A stretch of DNA of 64,000 nucleotides from Adineta vaga (GCA_021613535.1 CP075496.1:10540001-10604000), one strand, 5' to 3'; counted from the stretch's first letter, positions 13,698 to 27,624 are shown. The notes: a model not told the origin generated them from the letters alone. Made by a program: numbers and translations.

Positions 13698-13852
13698 CTC
13701 GATTTTGGCTTAAAGAAGTCTGTATTAAACGTTGGTATATATTTCCATTTATTGGTTATTCATTATTTGTTCAAAAACATGAAAATCTTCGACAAGATTA
13801 TTTTCGTAATCGAAGTCAATTAGTCGGTGGAATGAAAGAACCCAATTGGTAA
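13682..13852 (+). CDS. NDUFB1: NADH dehydrogenase 1 beta subcomplex subunit 1-like (MNLL subunit), 56 aa
   Basis: Hand translation gives MAFEVTRFWLKEVCIKRWYIFPFIGYSLFVQKHENLRQDYFRNRSQLVGGMKEPNW. It has W..FP.IG, FRNRSQL (compare FRNKSML) and a terminal W. AATAAA follows at 13858. Below the ORF-track size cutoff. Confidence 0.75.
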   Translation: MAFEVTRFWLKEVCIKRWYIFPFIGYSLFVQKHENLRQDYFRNRSQLVGGMKEPNW

Positions 13853-13962
13853 TTGAGAATAAAACAAACAATATCTTACTGTTTTTTTTCTTCTTGTCCT
13901 TATAGTTTTTCTTTTTCAGAATAGATTAATTTCTAAGAAAACAAAAAGAATCTTTTCTCTTT

Positions 13963-15295
13963 CTATTTCAATTGTGAACAAAAATAATAGAATGATAAAA
14001 CGAAACAGAGACATGTAACAACGAAGATTGTACTGAGAATTATTAAAATTATTGATTTATTTGAATCATCTGATGATAATTGTTGTAAAATTAACATATT
14101 TGTTAATGGATGCACTTTTAATTGATGTTCATTGAACCAAATATTTAAACGAAATGATTGATATACTGGTTGATGATGATTAAGATAATTCTCTGCCAAA
14201 CACATATAGTTTCCTAGAAGAAAACGTGTTGATGAAATATTTCATGTTCAGAAAGATTTACCTCGATGATGCCATGTAGCATTTTTAATCAGATATCGTC
14301 CATATATCGTTTGATTTAATAATGTTTGATTTTGTCCATTTAACACCCAAATAAGCGTATAGATTGCTTTTGGATTTGCATCAAATTCTTCGCAATTAAT
14401 TTCAATCGATGAATAACTATTGAATGAACGTATAAAATAATAATTACCTCGTAAATAAGCTTTATATTCGATATTTAGATCCTTTGATAAAGTAACATTA
14501 GTTGATTGTAGTTCTTGTTGAAACAATGTGCACGATACATGTTGATTATGATCATTACGATTTAATTCATAATTTAGAAGAGAAGCTGTGTATCTATAGG
14601 AATTCGATGATAATGGAAGTAATTGATAATGATCAGGATCATTGTTGTAAACAATCATGTACCAAGTTGAAAGTAAGGTAGAACGAAATTGTTCGATATA
14701 ACTATGATCAGCGACGAAAGATATTGAACAAGTAAAATTGATTTGTTGTTCTGCATGATAGATAAAGTGTCTATATGGTGATGATGGAAATAATGAAAGT
14801 GATAGATTTTGTGTAAGGAGAATTACCTACGAAAGAAATTGATCGATAAAAAATCTGTATTTTATTAGACTAGATCAAACTTACATGATAGAGATAATAT
14901 TTAGAAATATTTGAATTAATTCTTATTTCTAATGTATAAAATCCTTCATCGCCAATCAAAGTTTGTTCAATAAGAAGTTTTGTTTGATCTATTAGGAAAT
15001 AACGTGGTGAGATCAATGTAGGAACATCTCTTGATAGCTTATAAGGGTTTATGAATGGTACTAAGTTCGCGATCGATTGTTTCAAATCGCCTATACCTTT
15101 GTACCATGTAATCGTCTTAGAATGATCATTTTTGATAAATTCATTGATTACATCAAGATTGAATAGTAATCGAGCACCAAGAAACGATGAAATTGATGTA
15201 ATAGTATCAGAATTCTTGATAGATGGATGATAATATTTAGCAGTAATTAATTTAAATAGGATTAACAAGAAGAGAAGATGATAGTTAGATAACAT
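13963..15295 (-). CDS. Immunoglobulin-superfamily single-pass membrane protein
   Basis: Signal peptide MLSNYHLLFLLILFKLITA; ITWYK...DEGFYTL; LNRNDHNQHVSC; INC...ANPKA...W...HRGNYMC; C-terminal TM. Two introns. Confidence 0.8.
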
Positions 15296-15859
15296 TTAAC
15301 GCGCGTGATATAATCACTACTAATCAATGGATATCTAACTACCTATCGAACTTTTTTCATAGGTTTCCATTAACACAGTTGGTATATATCAAGATAGCAT
15401 TGTTCTATTCGATGATTCATTGCTTTTGAAATGACAACTTAGATTGATGGATGGCTTAATTTTGAAACCTTGAATCTACAAAGGCTATTTCTCTTCAAGC
15501 AATTTAGTTTGTATCTTATAGAACTAGAACCGATTTTTAGTAATACTTCAGTATAAATGTTCTTTTTTTATTGTCAATACTAAAAATACCAAAACACATG
15601 TATTGAAAAGAACAACAGACACATCAGACCATAATTCACATGAAATCAATTCCTATGTAACAAAAAACTATACGAATCTGATCGAAAAGAAGAAATAGCA
15701 GATTGTTTTAATATTCCTTACAGATAATAATGCACGTTTCTTGTACATCGAAATACATGTCTAGCGAGAATATATATATATATATATATGTAAAAAACAA
15801 CGAGAGGAACTAATAGGATTTGTTAAAGACAAACAATTCAGAATAATAAAACAACCTAA

Positions 15860-16314
15860 TTAGCGTTTTTTCTTATCACTACTTCCACTACCAGTTCGTT
15901 CTTCATGTGTATCTCGACGGCCAACATCATGTTTCGGTAAATGACCTTTCGTTTCTTTTTCTTTCACTGCTTCAATAGTATCACGTTGAAGATCAGTCAT
16001 ATCTTTTTTCGAATCACCTTGTTTAGCAGCATATTGTTTATCACCTTTGACTGCCGCTTCTATAACAAGAAATTTAATCAAATGAATAAGAAAAATTTAT
16101 CTATGCTTGTCAGCATACCACTATCAGTAGCTACTGTATCTAACCATCGTTTTTCTTTTCCTGATTTCAAATCATCAGATGCTTTATCTTTAGCTTTTGA
16201 TTTTGTATGATCACCATCACCGAAGCGTGATGCACTTGTATTGAATAAACGAAGTGATGTCGATGCCAACAGTCGTTGATTGAATACGACTGAGAAAATA
16301 GATCGAGTTAACAT
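15860..16314 (-). CDS. Small hydrophilic protein with N-terminal mitochondrial targeting peptide (2 exons)
   Basis: Arg/Ser/Leu-rich presequence ending RLFNTSASRF. Removing intron 16060-16118 joins WLDTVATDS|EAAVKGD; the mature part is highly charged. Confidence 0.8.
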
Positions 16315-17808
16315 GATTTTCGAGGTAAGTAAAATAAGTTTATATTTGCACTTGATGTGTAAATGACACTCTTTTATTGGATTGGAATTTTAACTAAATA
16401 GAAAGTAACGATTGGCGAATGTGTATCTGACTTATCATCGTACAACCTTCGTACGTGTAGACAAATAGAAAGAGGGCACTATTTTCTGTTTCGATTCTTT
16501 CCCAATACAACATATATTTTGTTATTAGATTTGCAGCTTTTCATTCGAACCATCGATTGTCTGATAGTGTTGAAAATAAAGATTATTTTTATACAAGCTA
16601 CAACTATCGTAGATTCAAAACATCTGAACTCGAAATTTCAAAGTTTCTTTTGTGTTCGTTATCTTATACAAAGTAAATGTGAGATTAATATTCGAAAAAG
16701 TAGAGAGAGTGTTCATCACTTCTTAGGTCTTTTCTAACAGTGATCTATTGTCAACTATTCTTTTCTGTTTAATTTAAATGAAAACAGTTTTAATCACGGC
16801 ATTCACGTATAGAATCTAATATTATATATACATATATGATAAATCAATCAATGATACTGCATTTTAGTAATAATCCCTTTGAGAATATTGTTCACTTTCG
16901 ACTTGTTTGTTAAAAATAGAGTAACTGACGTCGAATCAAGAACATGATATTTTAATTAAAAGTATATCAATAAACGTATTTTAGATAAGGAAGAATGGCT
17001 TTGACATTTCATCCCTAATCTTGTTAGAAATCTTATGTAAATCGACATTTAGTATGGATATAATAAAAACAACATTTGTTGATGTTTTTATTCATAGAAA
17101 ATCATCTTATTGACAAATTGATTATTACAAATGCATCTCAATAGAATTTCGTCGTGACATAAACTTCTACAACACTTTATATTTGTTTCCAAATGATGAA
17201 AAAGAATTCATATTATCACTGTTTATGATTTCTGATTTGAAATGAAAAAAGTCTTGGCTTGGTTCTTCATATCTTTACATGAATTTTAAACTATGAACTG
17301 TTTTACTATTAGATAATTTTTTCTAACCAATGACCAACTCAGATGTCAGAAGTAGTCAGTATAATTTTTACACTTTATCGCTATTTACTGTCTGTCAATA
17401 AACTTTTCATAAGAATCAGTGAATAATTTTCAAATAGTAGACATGTGTCATAAAGGAACATAAACCTGAGTCAATTAATGTTTTACAAGAACTTTGTTAT
17501 AATTATTTATCAGTTTTATTCTTTATCAAAATAGAGAAAGGAAGACAATGATTGTCAGACTTGCCGAGCACGAGTCAGATGAAGGAGAGAGAAGAAAGAG
17601 AAAAAAAAGTGCTCCTAAAAGACTAAACGTAAATATATATCACTATCATAGATCTTTATTTCGTCTATTAGTCTGTTATTCATTTTCTTCTTTTAGATTT
17701 TATTCGTTTTTTTCTGCGTTGTGACTGTCTATTTTTTTTTTCTATCTACTACACTTTATGACCTATTCTCAAGAAATATTCTCTATTCATTATTTTTGAT
17801 TATTATGA

Positions 17809-20800
17809 ATGAGTTTCATTAAACTAATAAATCGAAACCGGTCAGATTGAAATAAAAATAAATAAATGCTTTTAATCTTATTTCCTTTCTATATTAATAG
17901 TTCACAAGATCGTACATCGAAACAACCGTCAATATCAAGTATTTCATCACACGTTCCTCTGATGATGACTGATAAAAATGATGAAAATCTTTTTCTTACA
18001 CAATCCCTGAAAACAATGAGTACGGCACCAGATTTGCACAACTTCCTACAATCATTTCCAATGACTACGAGTGAGAAAAGACAAAAATCAAAGCAAAATT
18101 ATTTCTTTTCATTAACTAATTTATTATTTCATAGCTCGAGATGGAAAACGAAGTCGAACAATTTGCCAACCAAAAGGAACAATTTCTTACACAGTATGAA
18201 ATAACTTACTTATATGACGATATATTACATATTTATTTCAGATAAATGATGGCGATACTTTGGAGAAAGTGGCCCTTCAATTTAATTCAACACCGTCTGA
18301 ATTACTTCAACTTAATAAACTTAGTACACGTACCATCTTTCCGGGACAAGTTTGTTTCATTTGATATCTCTATAGAATCTATTCTCTAGTATATGTAGAC
18401 GATATTTGTACCTGAAGAATGTCCATCGAATAATTCTGATAAAGAAGAAACAACCAATACAAAATCTTCTACTTCTTCTCCTTCACCACCTCTTTCGACT
18501 TCAACATTAACAGCAGCAGCTAAACATAGAGATGGTGATTCGTTTGTTCTCCTATCAGATCGTCGCTTAATGAGTGATTCTACAATTTCGTCCATTTCTT
18601 CGCAAAATCAATCATCATCTCAACAAGATGTTGGTCCTATGGTTTGGTCAATGGGTCGACAATTGGCTGCACGTCCAGGTCATGTACAACGATTAAACAG
18701 TGATCCGATTTCTGACAATGATTCTACACCAAAAACGACCGAGAATCATTCGAAAGATTCTAGTGACGATAGTAACAAATCAGTACAATTGTCACAAAAA
18801 TTTTTATCAACAGATGAAAATCATCACTTAGACGACGAATGTTTACAACGTTTTATCAAAACTAATGTTCGACTAATGACTGAAGACCGTGTACGTATTA
18901 CTATTGTTCTACTAAATTTTCACAAATTCCAATGAGAATTATGAAGTGCTCATTTTCAAATGTTAGGAGAATCATACATAGAATGATTGATGTAGATAAT
19001 AAACGACATGTTTGTCTTTGTGTTGACTTGGAGTTATTGTTCCGTAATGAAGTATAAAATGTTCAATGTCATGAAACTGTTGAGATAAAGTGAATATTCA
19101 TTTGAGTAACATTAGAGAAATGTCAACATTGTAATTACTGATTGAAAATTCTCATATCTGAAAATATTTTATTTTTTAGCAAACTGTTGCAGGAACTTTA
19201 CTTGTCACGCCAAATGCAGTTATGTTTGATCCAGATGTTCTCGATCCATTAGTCAAAGAACATGGCATTATCAACTATGGACTAATAATAAGGTTAATTA
19301 AACTCTCTCTATCTTAACATATATCAATTGAATAATATTTTATGCTTGCATATCTGCTGTCTGATAGAACTTAGTATATCGTAAAGTACTTACACAATCT
19401 AAATACGTACAGTATTGCCAAAAGAGCACACATACACATTATCTACAACACTTGTTCTATTTTAAGATAATATACTGATAAATGTACTGATAAAAACAAA
19501 AAAAGTCATTTTTGTATTAATTTGAAATTTAATTATGCTATGAGAGACAAATTTTATATTATTCTGATAAAGTGTATCATTTACATATCTAAAATGAGAG
19601 ATGAGTTTCTTGATATTGAATATTCGAAATTTTCTGAATTCGTGGAACAATATTCAGTAACATGAGCAGTGAATAATTCAACATTTTACTGGATGAGAAC
19701 GTTTTTTTTCCAAAAGGAAATAATATATCAAGTTGAACAGATTGTTTCAATTAACTTTGTTTCTTGTTTCTTTGATATATAGAATGGACTTTCTTGCTCG
19801 TATTGCTCTCTACGATGATTTATCTATCTATGAACATGAAGCAACTTTTCGGTAGATACATTTTTAAAAATTCTTCTGGTTCATGAAGAAAAACAACGTT
19901 TACTTTCAATAGTGATGACGAAAAACGGAAAATGTGGCATTCAACAAGTGTAAAACATGCTCAACTTCATTCAAAAAGTCCTGTGTCAATCTCTGATGAA
20001 GAAGAAATTCAATATTTGATGACTTCATTACTCGATAAAATTGATAAAGAATTAAATTCTTCCAAAGTAACTGATACACAATGTAAATTATTTGATACAA
20101 CAACATCGAAACTTCAACGTAATCGATCAAAAACTTTATCGGGTCAGACATATGATACTGCTGATGATGATAATGATGCATTTCGTCCGTCCGTAAGAAC
20201 TGGTAGTCTTTCAGATGATTCATATCAACCGTTTGATGAATACAAACATTCTCTGGGAATTTTACTTAATGATAATGAGAAAAATGTAAATAAAACTTTC
20301 AATCAAGTACCGACACGTAAGTTATCTACATAGAATTATAGAACTACGAAAAAAATTTGAATTTCTATTTAATTATCTACAGAAATTTCTCGTGTTTTCG
20401 ATTGGACACGATTTCGACGTGCTGTAAAAATCAAAAGTAATTACTTGAACTTAGTTTTCGTCTATCTAAAGTTTCTTATAGAAGGATTTCATTTGGAAAA
20501 TTGTGTCTCACTTGATGAATTTAATAAACGTTTTGGTGAAATTGATAGTAAGTATTTATTCGATTAATTTCTATTGATAAAACCATTGTTTCATTGAATA
20601 GAATTATTACATCAACAACAACTAAATTATTGTTCACCACCACCGATTGAAATTCCTTATTATCTATGTTTAAAAACTTGTATGCATACAGATGAGATTC
20701 CATCATTACATGCTCGACCACCGAAAAAAAGTTATGAAAAAACAGCTGAAAGTATTCTCGAAAAGAAACAATCAGAACAAGAATATTGGTTTTCTGTCCC

Positions 20801-23800
20801 AAAAGAGAAGTATGACTAAACTTCACTTTTCAAGAGTACATCAGAATCATGTTTTTCTCATTTGTAGTATATCGCATGAAATTAGACATTTTAATTTCCT
20901 TGATATAGAAAAAGTTTATTGAAAAATCTAAAATAATTAGTTTTTTAGTCGTATATTTTATAGCCTTCAAGTGCAAAAACTAAATTTTTAGAAAAATTCA
21001 CTTGAATTAATCAAAAATAGTTGTATTTTATTTCTAATAGCACGTGAAATATTTCGCATATATTCACAAAGAACATCTGTAATCAACTCAAGGTCTTTGA
21101 CCTTGATTATCTCACCAAGATCCGCCGTCTTAGTGTGCATTCTTGTCGATTACATTCTGTGTCATAGGTAGCGCTAGATTTCATAATAAACGACGGGAAA
21201 TGTACTCACACTAGGCACAACAATATGTCAATGCGTGCAATAGATATTAAATGTAACATAGAGTAGCATCGAGGAAAATAACGACTGATTATTTCCGAAA
21301 GATCCTATGAGACAACAAACAGACGAATGGCAACGAAATCATGAAAAATTATAGGAACTACAATATTAAATAGATATAGAAATTTAATAATTCATAAATA
21401 ACTTTTAAATACCATTTTTTTCGAAGTTATTATTAGTAATCTAGAAAAATGCGTATCTATTTCAAATGAAACCATGAAAACTTAAATGATTTACAGCTTA
21501 ACTTTTTTGTTTTTTCCTCTTTTGAAACGCCATGATACCTGACGTTTTTTTTATTTTATGTAGTTTTCCTTTTGGATATTAACAGAAGGTCCTCAAGAAC
21601 TTCATCATGAAACATTCTACGTCTCAAGTCATCATATCTAGGCCGCTATAAACAAGTTGAAAAAAATTTATATTCGATGAAGTGGAAAATTTGCTTCTTT
21701 GATTTTTATTCATTGAAGTAATACGCCCATAAATATCATAGAAATAAGCGAATTTAACCTATTCAATGAATTCTTTTGTTTCACTTCATTTTGAACAAGA
21801 TTTTCTTTTTTACTTTAGAATCGACCAATTATATAGATTCTTTCTTCGTTGGAAACCTGAACATGAATTCAATTCTTTAATTGATGATGAATCATATTCA
21901 TCTGATATAGGATTATCAAAACATACCGATCAAACATCTAATAAAGGTTTTGTTCTATTAGTGAATAATGATCCTGAATTAAATGATGATTATCAAACGT
22001 CAACGAAAAATAACAAACAACAAAAACAAGTGCATTATTTAAAACGACAAAACACATTATTGAAAGAATGGGAGGTAATATAAATTTTCATCTGATGAAG
22101 TAGATCTTTCCCAAAAGGACAAATAATTACCTTTAAAAAAAAAGAAATAGACAAAATTTATTCATTTCCTTTCCTATGTTAAGATATTTATTCTTGATAT
22201 ATCGTCAAGAAAGAAAATAGATTTTTGGAGTATTTTGTTATTTGAAGATGATCAAAATCTATAAAAAGAAGATATATATCATATATATCAATCTCAATAT
22301 ATATATATATGATGTTTTAAACTTTACAATTGGTATTTGGATTTGACAAATGATATATAACAAAAAAAGAAGATTTTTCCTTCTGTTAATATTGTGACGT
22401 ATTTTGTTAGTGTAATTCGTTGTTGTCTTCAAAACGGAAATGAAATACTAGAATAATAATTATCTTGCAAGACGATCTATGTAAAACTAAGGAAAAAGAC
22501 ATACTCTATAAACTCTATTTTCATTCAAGAATAAATTTAAGTGGACTAGATTTTTAAGTGCAAAGATTGATTAATCGAATATATATATATATATAGACAA
22601 GAGAAAGAACTAATTCAATAAAAAAAGAATCTAATTATCAATTATATACAGATATGTTAGAAGACTAATAATCCTCAAGACAATACTTCGTTTGAGAGTC
22701 ATCGATCGTTTTGATGTTGTTTTTGTTGTTATTTGTCGATTTCTATGAGAAACTTTTTATTTGATATCTATCGATGAACGTGCTGTATGAATGATAGATT
22801 AATGTTGGATAGGAAAGAATGTAGAAAAGTAAGACGAATTTGTTGATTCAAGGATTAAGACCACTCGAAGTGTCAGATTGTCCGTGAAAATGAAATGCAA
22901 TGATAGATATATCTTTTTATCCATGATCAAATTTGATAGATATGATAAACAGATATTACACTTAGTTTTCATCACCGATATTTTGGTAATAAAACTTTAA
23001 AATCGCGTTTTTCTAATCTATTTTTTAATCTCTCTTCTATTTTTCTTTCTCTCTCTCTTCTCAACATAATTATGTATGTTCTATAATATAGCATGTCAAC
23101 AGAAGAAGACGAGACATTAAAATGAAGAACAGCATACTCACAACCGTCAGTAGCGGTAAAAAAAGTATAGACAGAACGAGAGAGAGAGAAGCTTACATAT
23201 GCTCTCTCTCTCTCTTTTTACATTGTGTGATGCTCTATAGCTATATAAGTCTAGTTAAAGAGCACCAGATATGAAACAAAATGATTCGTACTCATTCTAC
23301 TGCATCATCTAACACATCATATTCGTCTACTGAACATCAATCACCTTCTCCATCTTCTTATACACAACGTTTTACTCTTCATTCTTTCGTAACACGTTTA
23401 TCTGATTCAAAAAATAATCTTTTGGAACAAATTCCTCATCAACAACGACGATTAACACGTTTTAGAAAACGTGCCAAAAGTTTTCTATCTTCGACCATCA
23501 ATGATTACAGTCTAGGACAACGTTCAGCTTCATGTGATAGAAGAAAATCTTCTGACGGGGTATATCAGAATTTTCTCTAACATTTTCTTTGACTTTTTTT
23601 CAAAAACAAAAATACATTTGAAAATATTCATTGTTTTCATTTTATTAAGATTATCAATGTTGATGAAATCTATCGTCGATTTAATAGCACACATTCGAAT
23701 GAACCACATGTTTTCAATATTGGTATTCCCACACCCAAACTTCTTCAACCATCAATACTAATCAATGAAGAACTATCGAAAAAAGTACAAACTGTTTTTC

Positions 23801-24747
23801 TTTTCATGAGAATTACAAAAACTAAATCGAAATTTTGTTCTCTATTTAGATTCTCGTTGAACTACCGAATCGACTTCATAGTCTCGATTGGTGTATGGTA
23901 TTTAGTACTGAAGCACATGGATTTAGTTTAAGTCAATTATATCGTCGATCATTAGAATTCGATCATGACATGCCAGTATTAGTAATTGTGAAAGATGTTA
24001 AACAAAATGTAAATAAAACATTTCTTCTATGTTATAAAATAGCTTCTTGTTATCGGTTTCTAGATATTTGGTGCTTTTGTACCACATCAACTAGTCGTGA
24101 AAGAAGGCGTTTATGGCACAGGAGAATCATTTTTGTTTACACTTCTTCCTGAATTTCGAGTAAGTCTCAACAATGTTATATAGACTGGGAGAAGTGCGAG
24201 GTCTATTCATGCTAGATTGCTAGTTTTGCTTCGAGAAATTAGTCTTCCGTTTTTATGTCATGTCTATACTATTGTTTTCTTTCTCTTGCTATAATCTAAA
24301 AAAAACTAATATTTAATACTTCATTGGTCTTATTATCATGTTTGTCAGGCAGAAAAACATTCCGAAGGAAGTTAAACAGACTTGATTTTTTTATGATGTA
24401 AGTAAATAGATTAAGTTTTAATCTGTTATGGATGTGTGTGTCTAGGAAATGACGTCAATCTTTCTTTTTCTAGGTATTCAACTGGACAGGTGATAATGAT
24501 TTTTTTGTTAAAGGTGATCTTAATTCAATTGGTTTTGGAATAGGAGAGTAAGTTAAACGAATAGAATATATCATTTGTCAAATCTAATTGTCTTTGATTT
24601 GATTTTAGAGGTACATATGGTTTATGGTTTGATGCTGATTTATATCATGGACGAACATGTCCGTGTAAAACATTTAATAATGAATATTTAACCTCAAGTG
24701 AAGATTTTATCATTGCAAGTATTGAAGTATGGACATTTATAGATTGA
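17809..24747 (+). CDS. OXR1: Oxidation resistance protein 1 / NCOA7 / mustard homolog (LysM, GRAM, TLDc)
   Basis: LysM exon DTLEKVALQFNSTPSELLQLNKL...IFPGQ; GRAM AGTLLVTPNAVMFDPDVLDPLVKEHG; EYWFSVPKE; TLDc WCMVFSTEAHGFSLSQLYR...YGTGESFLF...GLWFDADLYHGRT...IEVWTFID. The start exon was inferred from splice phase. Confidence 0.93.
23178..23559 (+). promoter_or_regulatory. Candidate internal promoter and alternative first coding exon for a TLDc-only OXR1 isoform
   Basis: (GA)n/(TC)n inverted tract at 23178-23214, TATATAAG at ~23243, and ORF 23281-23559 ending at a phase-0 GT donor that matches the phase-0 acceptor at 23649. Confidence 0.65.
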
Positions 24748-26244
24748 TACAATTAATTTCTATTCTCTATTTATTTGTCCTGTATAACAATGAACTTAAA
24801 TTATATGTCAGAAAGAGTATTTTAATGTTTTTATTAATTCTATATATCTACTTTTGCTTTGTTTTTCTATTATTAATTCATTTCTCTCTTTTTTTGTATC
24901 TGAAATGATACCGAGTAAACGAGAAGAAAAAAAGGGAATATTCCGACAGACAAAAGATGAACACCTACAGTTTTTTTTCTCGTTTCTCCTACGATTGCAA
25001 TATTTTATTTAAATAAAACATGAAAATTTCATTTTGAACTTTTTCTTTTGCTTAATTGATTCATGTGACAGATGAAAATCGATGGTTTTATCAGGTTTAT
25101 TATAATTAAAAAGAAATTCTGTTGAACACACTTTAAATAGAATATGAGAACAAAAGAGAAAACTAATTAAATTTTAAAAAGTATCTCGAAGAGAATTTAT
25201 ATTCTGTCAAAAACAAGCAAGTTTCTTTTTACGTGAAAGTTTATAAATGCTGCCACAAGATACATCTGTTTATTCGGCAGTATCCGTACGATAATTATCT
25301 TGTTTCTTCATACAGGATTAAAAAATAAATTATTAATAGAACTTAAGTCAATGGATAAGTACAAAGTTGTTGCTATTAATATCAGTTTGGGTAAAAAGCT
25401 AAAAGAACTCGGACAAAAAACGTTCTGTTGTCTTTCCAACTTCGCTTTAATATTTAGATACTTTACATATTTGAATTCGTTTGATAATTAAACAAATTCT
25501 TGATTCTTCGAGTGTGTCATACCAAATGATTTATAAACAATAAACTCATTGTCTTCTACATTAATAACACTTATTCTTTATGAACAAACAAAATAACAAG
25601 GATTATCCAATTTCTCGAGAGATGAAAGGTAGTTCAACATCGATTTTCTTGCTTCAAATAACAAAGAAACACAATAAGCATTCTTCATGATTTAAAGAAT
25701 AAATTGAATAGAAATCTACATTCGAGAATTAATCACATGTTAGTATGATAATGGAAATAGGAGGTGTATATTGTCTTTAATCTTTTGTATGAATTCATAT
25801 TGTAGAGGTATCATAATAAAAGATAAGTCATTTGCTAGTAATATTTCCTTTTGTAATTCTTTATCTTATTTCAATGGTATCATTCAGACAGAAAAAAATA
25901 TTGATGCTCTAAGAATGAGTCTCTGACGTTTTTCAGTATAAAATCTTAATAAGAAGTACTCAAGCAGAAAATTCATAGTTATCTTTGATATTCGTTTTAT
26001 TTAAACAATAACTAGAATAGATTGTTATTGAAAGTAAACTATGAACAATAGTCGAAAGAACAATGATCTATCGACATCTGATTGATACATATACACTGTA
26101 GTCTTGTTTTGAAGAAAATAAAGAAAAAGAATCGAGTCACATTGGATGTGTACATGTATATATATAGATCACATTTATTCGTCATCAACATTTCGAAATA
26201 ACACTTTTCAACTCTTTTACTCCGTGTGCCAAAGAAAGACAGAA

Positions 26245-27624
26245 ATGTGTTCGATCGGATATGGTGGTTTAATTGATTGTTCATGGCACGATATAAAAGA
26301 TAATTTACAAGTAACTGAAAAGGATTTTCAACGTATGGGAAAACTTGGTGGAGGTTTGAACCGATCTTTTTCTCTCAATTAAAATTCATTTATTTGTATT
26401 CAAGGCACATATGGTGATGTATTTCGTGTTCGTCATCGAATAACGGGGGAAATCTATGCTTTAAAACAAATTCGTGATGAACATGAAGCAAATGGTATTC
26501 CAGCAACAGCCATGCGTGAAGCAGTTATACTTAAACAATTGAATCATGAAAATATTATTAAACTATTTGATGTATTTCTAACGGATGAACGATGTTATTT
26601 CTTACTTGAATATATGGATGAAGATTTAAAACGTTATTTAGATCAAAATCGACCATTAGAAAGACGAATAATTAAAGTAATTAATTTCACTAAGTATAAA
26701 AAATATTGAACAGACATTGTTTTCTTCTAGAGTTTTATGCATCAATTATTAGAAGCAGTTTTTCATTGTCATAAACATCGTATAATTCATCGTGATATTA
26801 AACCACATAATATTTTAGTGAATAATGAAGGTCGAATTAAAATCTGTGATTTTGGTAAATGAATTTGAAAAGGAAATTTTGTGAGAGAAATTCCTTTAAT
26901 TTTTCTTACTCAGGTCTTTCACGCGCTTTCACAATTCCAATGAAAATTTATACACATGAAATTGTTACACTTTGGTATCGTGCACCAGAAATTTTACTTG
27001 GATCATTAACCTATGGAACACCCGGTTTGTATGAGACTTATTTCGAAGAAAGTTTTATGACAATTCTGACTAAGTTTTTAGTGGATATGTGGTCATTAGG
27101 TTGTATATTCGGTGAAATGTATCAAGGTTGGCCATTATTTCATGGAGATTCAGAAATCGATCAAATCTTTCAAATATTTAAGTAAAATTTTGTCGATTTT
27201 TTAATGCAATCAGTGATCAGTTTTATTTTATAATTTCATAGAATATTAGGTACACCGAATGAAGAAAGTTGGCCAAATATATTTCTTTTACCACAATTTA
27301 AGTCTTCTTTTCCAAAATTTAAAATCCAAGAAACTCAATTACGAGAAATTATGGATAAAGACAAAGTTGCTTATGATTTACTTCAAGTAAATTACGAATA
27401 AATCTTTCGAAGAACAAAACATGAATTATCATTTTCTAATATCTATCTTTTAGCGATTATTAACTTGTGATCCGACGGTACGTTTAGCTGCTCGATTTGC
27501 ATTACGACATGAATATTTCAATGAATGTGATTCGAAAAAACCATTACTAACAATTACAAATATTCATTCGAATCGAACTCAATGTGATGAAAATAATAAT
27601 AACATTGAAATCAATAAAAAATAA
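26245..27624 (+). CDS. Cyclin-dependent kinase, CDK1/CDK2-like, with PATAMRE helix
   Basis: [78 protein letters not shown]. Multiple short introns. Confidence 0.92.

Noticed and set aside
20820-21780. Possible transposon remnant or ncRNA in a long OXR1 intron (slightly GC-richer patch ~21100-21260)
   Set aside because: No terminal repeats, target-site duplication, transposase ORF or recognisable RNA motif could be identified by eye.
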